Assembly (NCBI GenBank): GCA_965226055.1
Contig: CBDDCA010000006.1
Span: forward strand, 192,001-256,000
Source of the DNA: Spirochaetia bacterium
GTDB taxonomy: Bacteria; Spirochaetota; Spirochaetia; WTKD01; G963693115
Length of the DNA: 64,000 bases
Direction of reading: 5' to 3'
Numbering within the stretch: position 1 is the first letter of the stretch; the number at the start of each line of letters is the position of its first letter. Both the position numbers and the translations under genes were made by a program. This document shows positions 62,269 through 64,000 of this stretch, piece by piece. The notes under the pieces are model-generated. The model saw only the letters and a list, made by a program, of their open reading frames with translations, had not been told where the DNA came from and did no database searches.

Positions 62269-63609
62269 ATGAAAAAGATAACCATTAGTATGATAGGAGC
62301 AGGATCCACTATCTTTATGAAAAATGTCTTAGGAGATATATTGCTCACGCAAGATATAGGAGCAGTTCATTTTAAGTTACAAGACATAGATACTACTCGG
62401 CTAGAAGAATCTGCATTTGTATTACAAAAAATGCTTGATACCCTTAACAGAAACGATAGCTCTTTTGAAACAACAACAGATCAGAAAAAAGCCATTGAAA
62501 ATGCACAGTATGTTATCGTTTGTTTTCAAATTGGAGGATATCACCCTTCTACTATTATAGATTTTGAAATACCAAAAAAATATGGACTACGTCAAACAAT
62601 AGCCGATACCTTAGGAATAGGAGGAATAATGCGTGCAGTGCGTACCATTCCTCATTTACTCAGTATTTGTAACGATATAGAAACTATAAGCCCTCACGCA
62701 CTCATGCTTAACTATGTAAACCCTATGTGCATGAACACATGGGCAATGTATACATTAGCACCAAAAGTACAGCAAGTAGGATTATGTCATTCAGTACAAG
62801 GAACACATGAATTACTTGCAAAAGAAATGGGAATCAGTCCAGATAGAGTACGATTTCTCTCTGCTGGCATCAATCATATGAGTTTTTTCCTGCATTTTGA
62901 AGAAATATGTAATGACGGTAGCTACAAAAACCTCTATCCTGCATTAAGAGAAAAATATCTTTCGGGCAAAGCTCCAGAATTTATGGATATGTGTCCAAAC
63001 TACACCCGATTTGAATTATTTAAGCACTTTGGATATTTTGTAACCGAATCATCAGAACATCTTAGTGAATATGTTCCTTGGTTTATAAAAACTGGACGTC
63101 AAGATTTAATCAACACATTTGAAATTCCTCTTGATGAATATATACACAGATGTGAAAATCAAATACAAGAATGGAACAGTCGTGTACAAGATCTTAAACA
63201 ATCAAATACCATAGAGATTACTAAATCTCATGAATACGCTAGTACCATTATCAAAAGCAAAGAAACAGGACAAGCAAATGTTGTATACTGTAACGTAAAA
63301 AACAATGCTCTTATAAACAATCTTCCACAAGATGCTTGCGTTGAAGTTCCTTGTGTTGTCGATGCAAATGGAGTACAAGCTACCGCTGTAGGAACTATTC
63401 CTGAACATCTTGCTGCACTTATGCGAACTAACATCAATGTACAATCACTGGTAGTAGAAGCTATCAAACACGAAAATAAAGAACATCTCTATCACGCAGC
63501 TATGCTAGACCCACATACTGCAGCAGAGCTTGATTTAGAACAAATTCATAATTTGGTAGATGATCTTATTACTGCACATGGTGATATGCTTCCTCAGTGG
63601 ACCCATTAG
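62269..63609 (+). CDS. melA: GH4 alpha-galactosidase
   Basis: IGAGSTIF, QTIADTLGIGG, NYVNPM, GLCHSV, GINHM, TESSEH. Confidence 0.93.
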   Translation: MKKITISMIGAGSTIFMKNVLGDILLTQDIGAVHFKLQDIDTTRLEESAFVLQKMLDTLNRNDSSFETTTDQKKAIENAQYVIVCFQIGGYHPSTIIDFEIPKKYGLRQTIADTLGIGGIMRAVRTIPHLLSICNDIETISPHALMLNYVNPMCMNTWAMYTLAPKVQQVGLCHSVQGTHELLAKEMGISPDRVRFLSAGINHMSFFLHFEEICNDGSYKNLYPALREKYLSGKAPEFMDMCPNYTRFELFKHFGYFVTESSEHLSEYVPWFIKTGRQDLINTFEIPLDEYIHRCENQIQEWNSRVQDLKQSNTIEITKSHEYASTIIKSKETGQANVVYCNVKNNALINNLPQDACVEVPCVVDANGVQATAVGTIPEHLAALMRTNINVQSLVVEAIKHENKEHLYHAAMLDPHTAAELDLEQIHNLVDDLITAHGDMLPQWTH

Positions 63610-63643
63610 CATACATATCTATACATACACTATAAAAATAATC

Positions 63644-64000
63644 ATGTCACTATTAGTAATTGATATTGGAAACTCAACCATAGCAGTAAGCGTGTGTACA
63701 AAAGAGGAAGTTCCAAGTACTTACAACACAAAAATTCATACACAGCATGCACATGGTTCAAAACAAACATGGCTTCCTATACAAACATTTTCCACTCAAA
63801 AAGCACTCTCAGAACACACTTCTCTACAAGATATAGAAACCTTGTTATTCTATGATTCTCTCAATATCACCTGTATTGCAATAAGCTCAGTAGTCCCGCA
63901 TCTCACCTCTCGTATTGAAACAGTAGCAAAAAAACACTACTCATGTCCTGTATATACTATACAAACAACTATGCCTTCCCCGTTACAAGCACCTATTGTG
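63644..64000 (+). CDS. coaX: Type III pantothenate kinase, runs off window end
   Basis: Manually read MSLLVIDIGNSTI... and ISSVVP. Confidence 0.8.
   Translation, partial: MSLLVIDIGNSTIAVSVCTKEEVPSTYNTKIHTQHAHGSKQTWLPIQTFSTQKALSEHTSLQDIETLLFYDSLNITCIAISSVVPHLTSRIETVAKKHYSCPVYTIQTTMPSPLQAPIV

Noticed and set aside
1-64000. tRNA, rRNA, prophage, cas4/csn2 or reverse transcriptase genes
   Set aside because: None recognised; absence of cas4/csn2 supports the II-C assignment.

Overview
AT-rich bacterial chromosome segment, probably from a host-associated spirochaete (inferred from the rpoN-hprK-ptsH order, a FliG paralogue and 'AGG' signal-peptide binding proteins). The centre is an intact but rearranged type II-C CRISPR-Cas locus: cas1-cas2 (+), a 77-repeat array, a convergent cas9 (-) and a divergent tracrRNA. 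Two observations stand out. (1) Upstream of cas1, three degenerate copies of the CRISPR repeat each occupy a consecutive intergenic gap, so whole genes sit where 30-bp spacers would be. (2) The 3' end of rsmE carries a 36-bp duplication around a 30-bp insert, which is the geometry of an ectopic Cas1-Cas2 spacer integration. The window also holds an IS30 that splits a pentapeptide-repeat gene, a miniature IS30 derivative, an IS481/IS1202-like element with long target duplications, and a class Ic (Tyr-less) ribonucleotide reductase. Other content: TRAP and iron transporters, large surface lipoproteins, GDP-fucose genes, a steroid-reductase pair and housekeeping genes. All calls are by-eye motif recognition; no searches were run.
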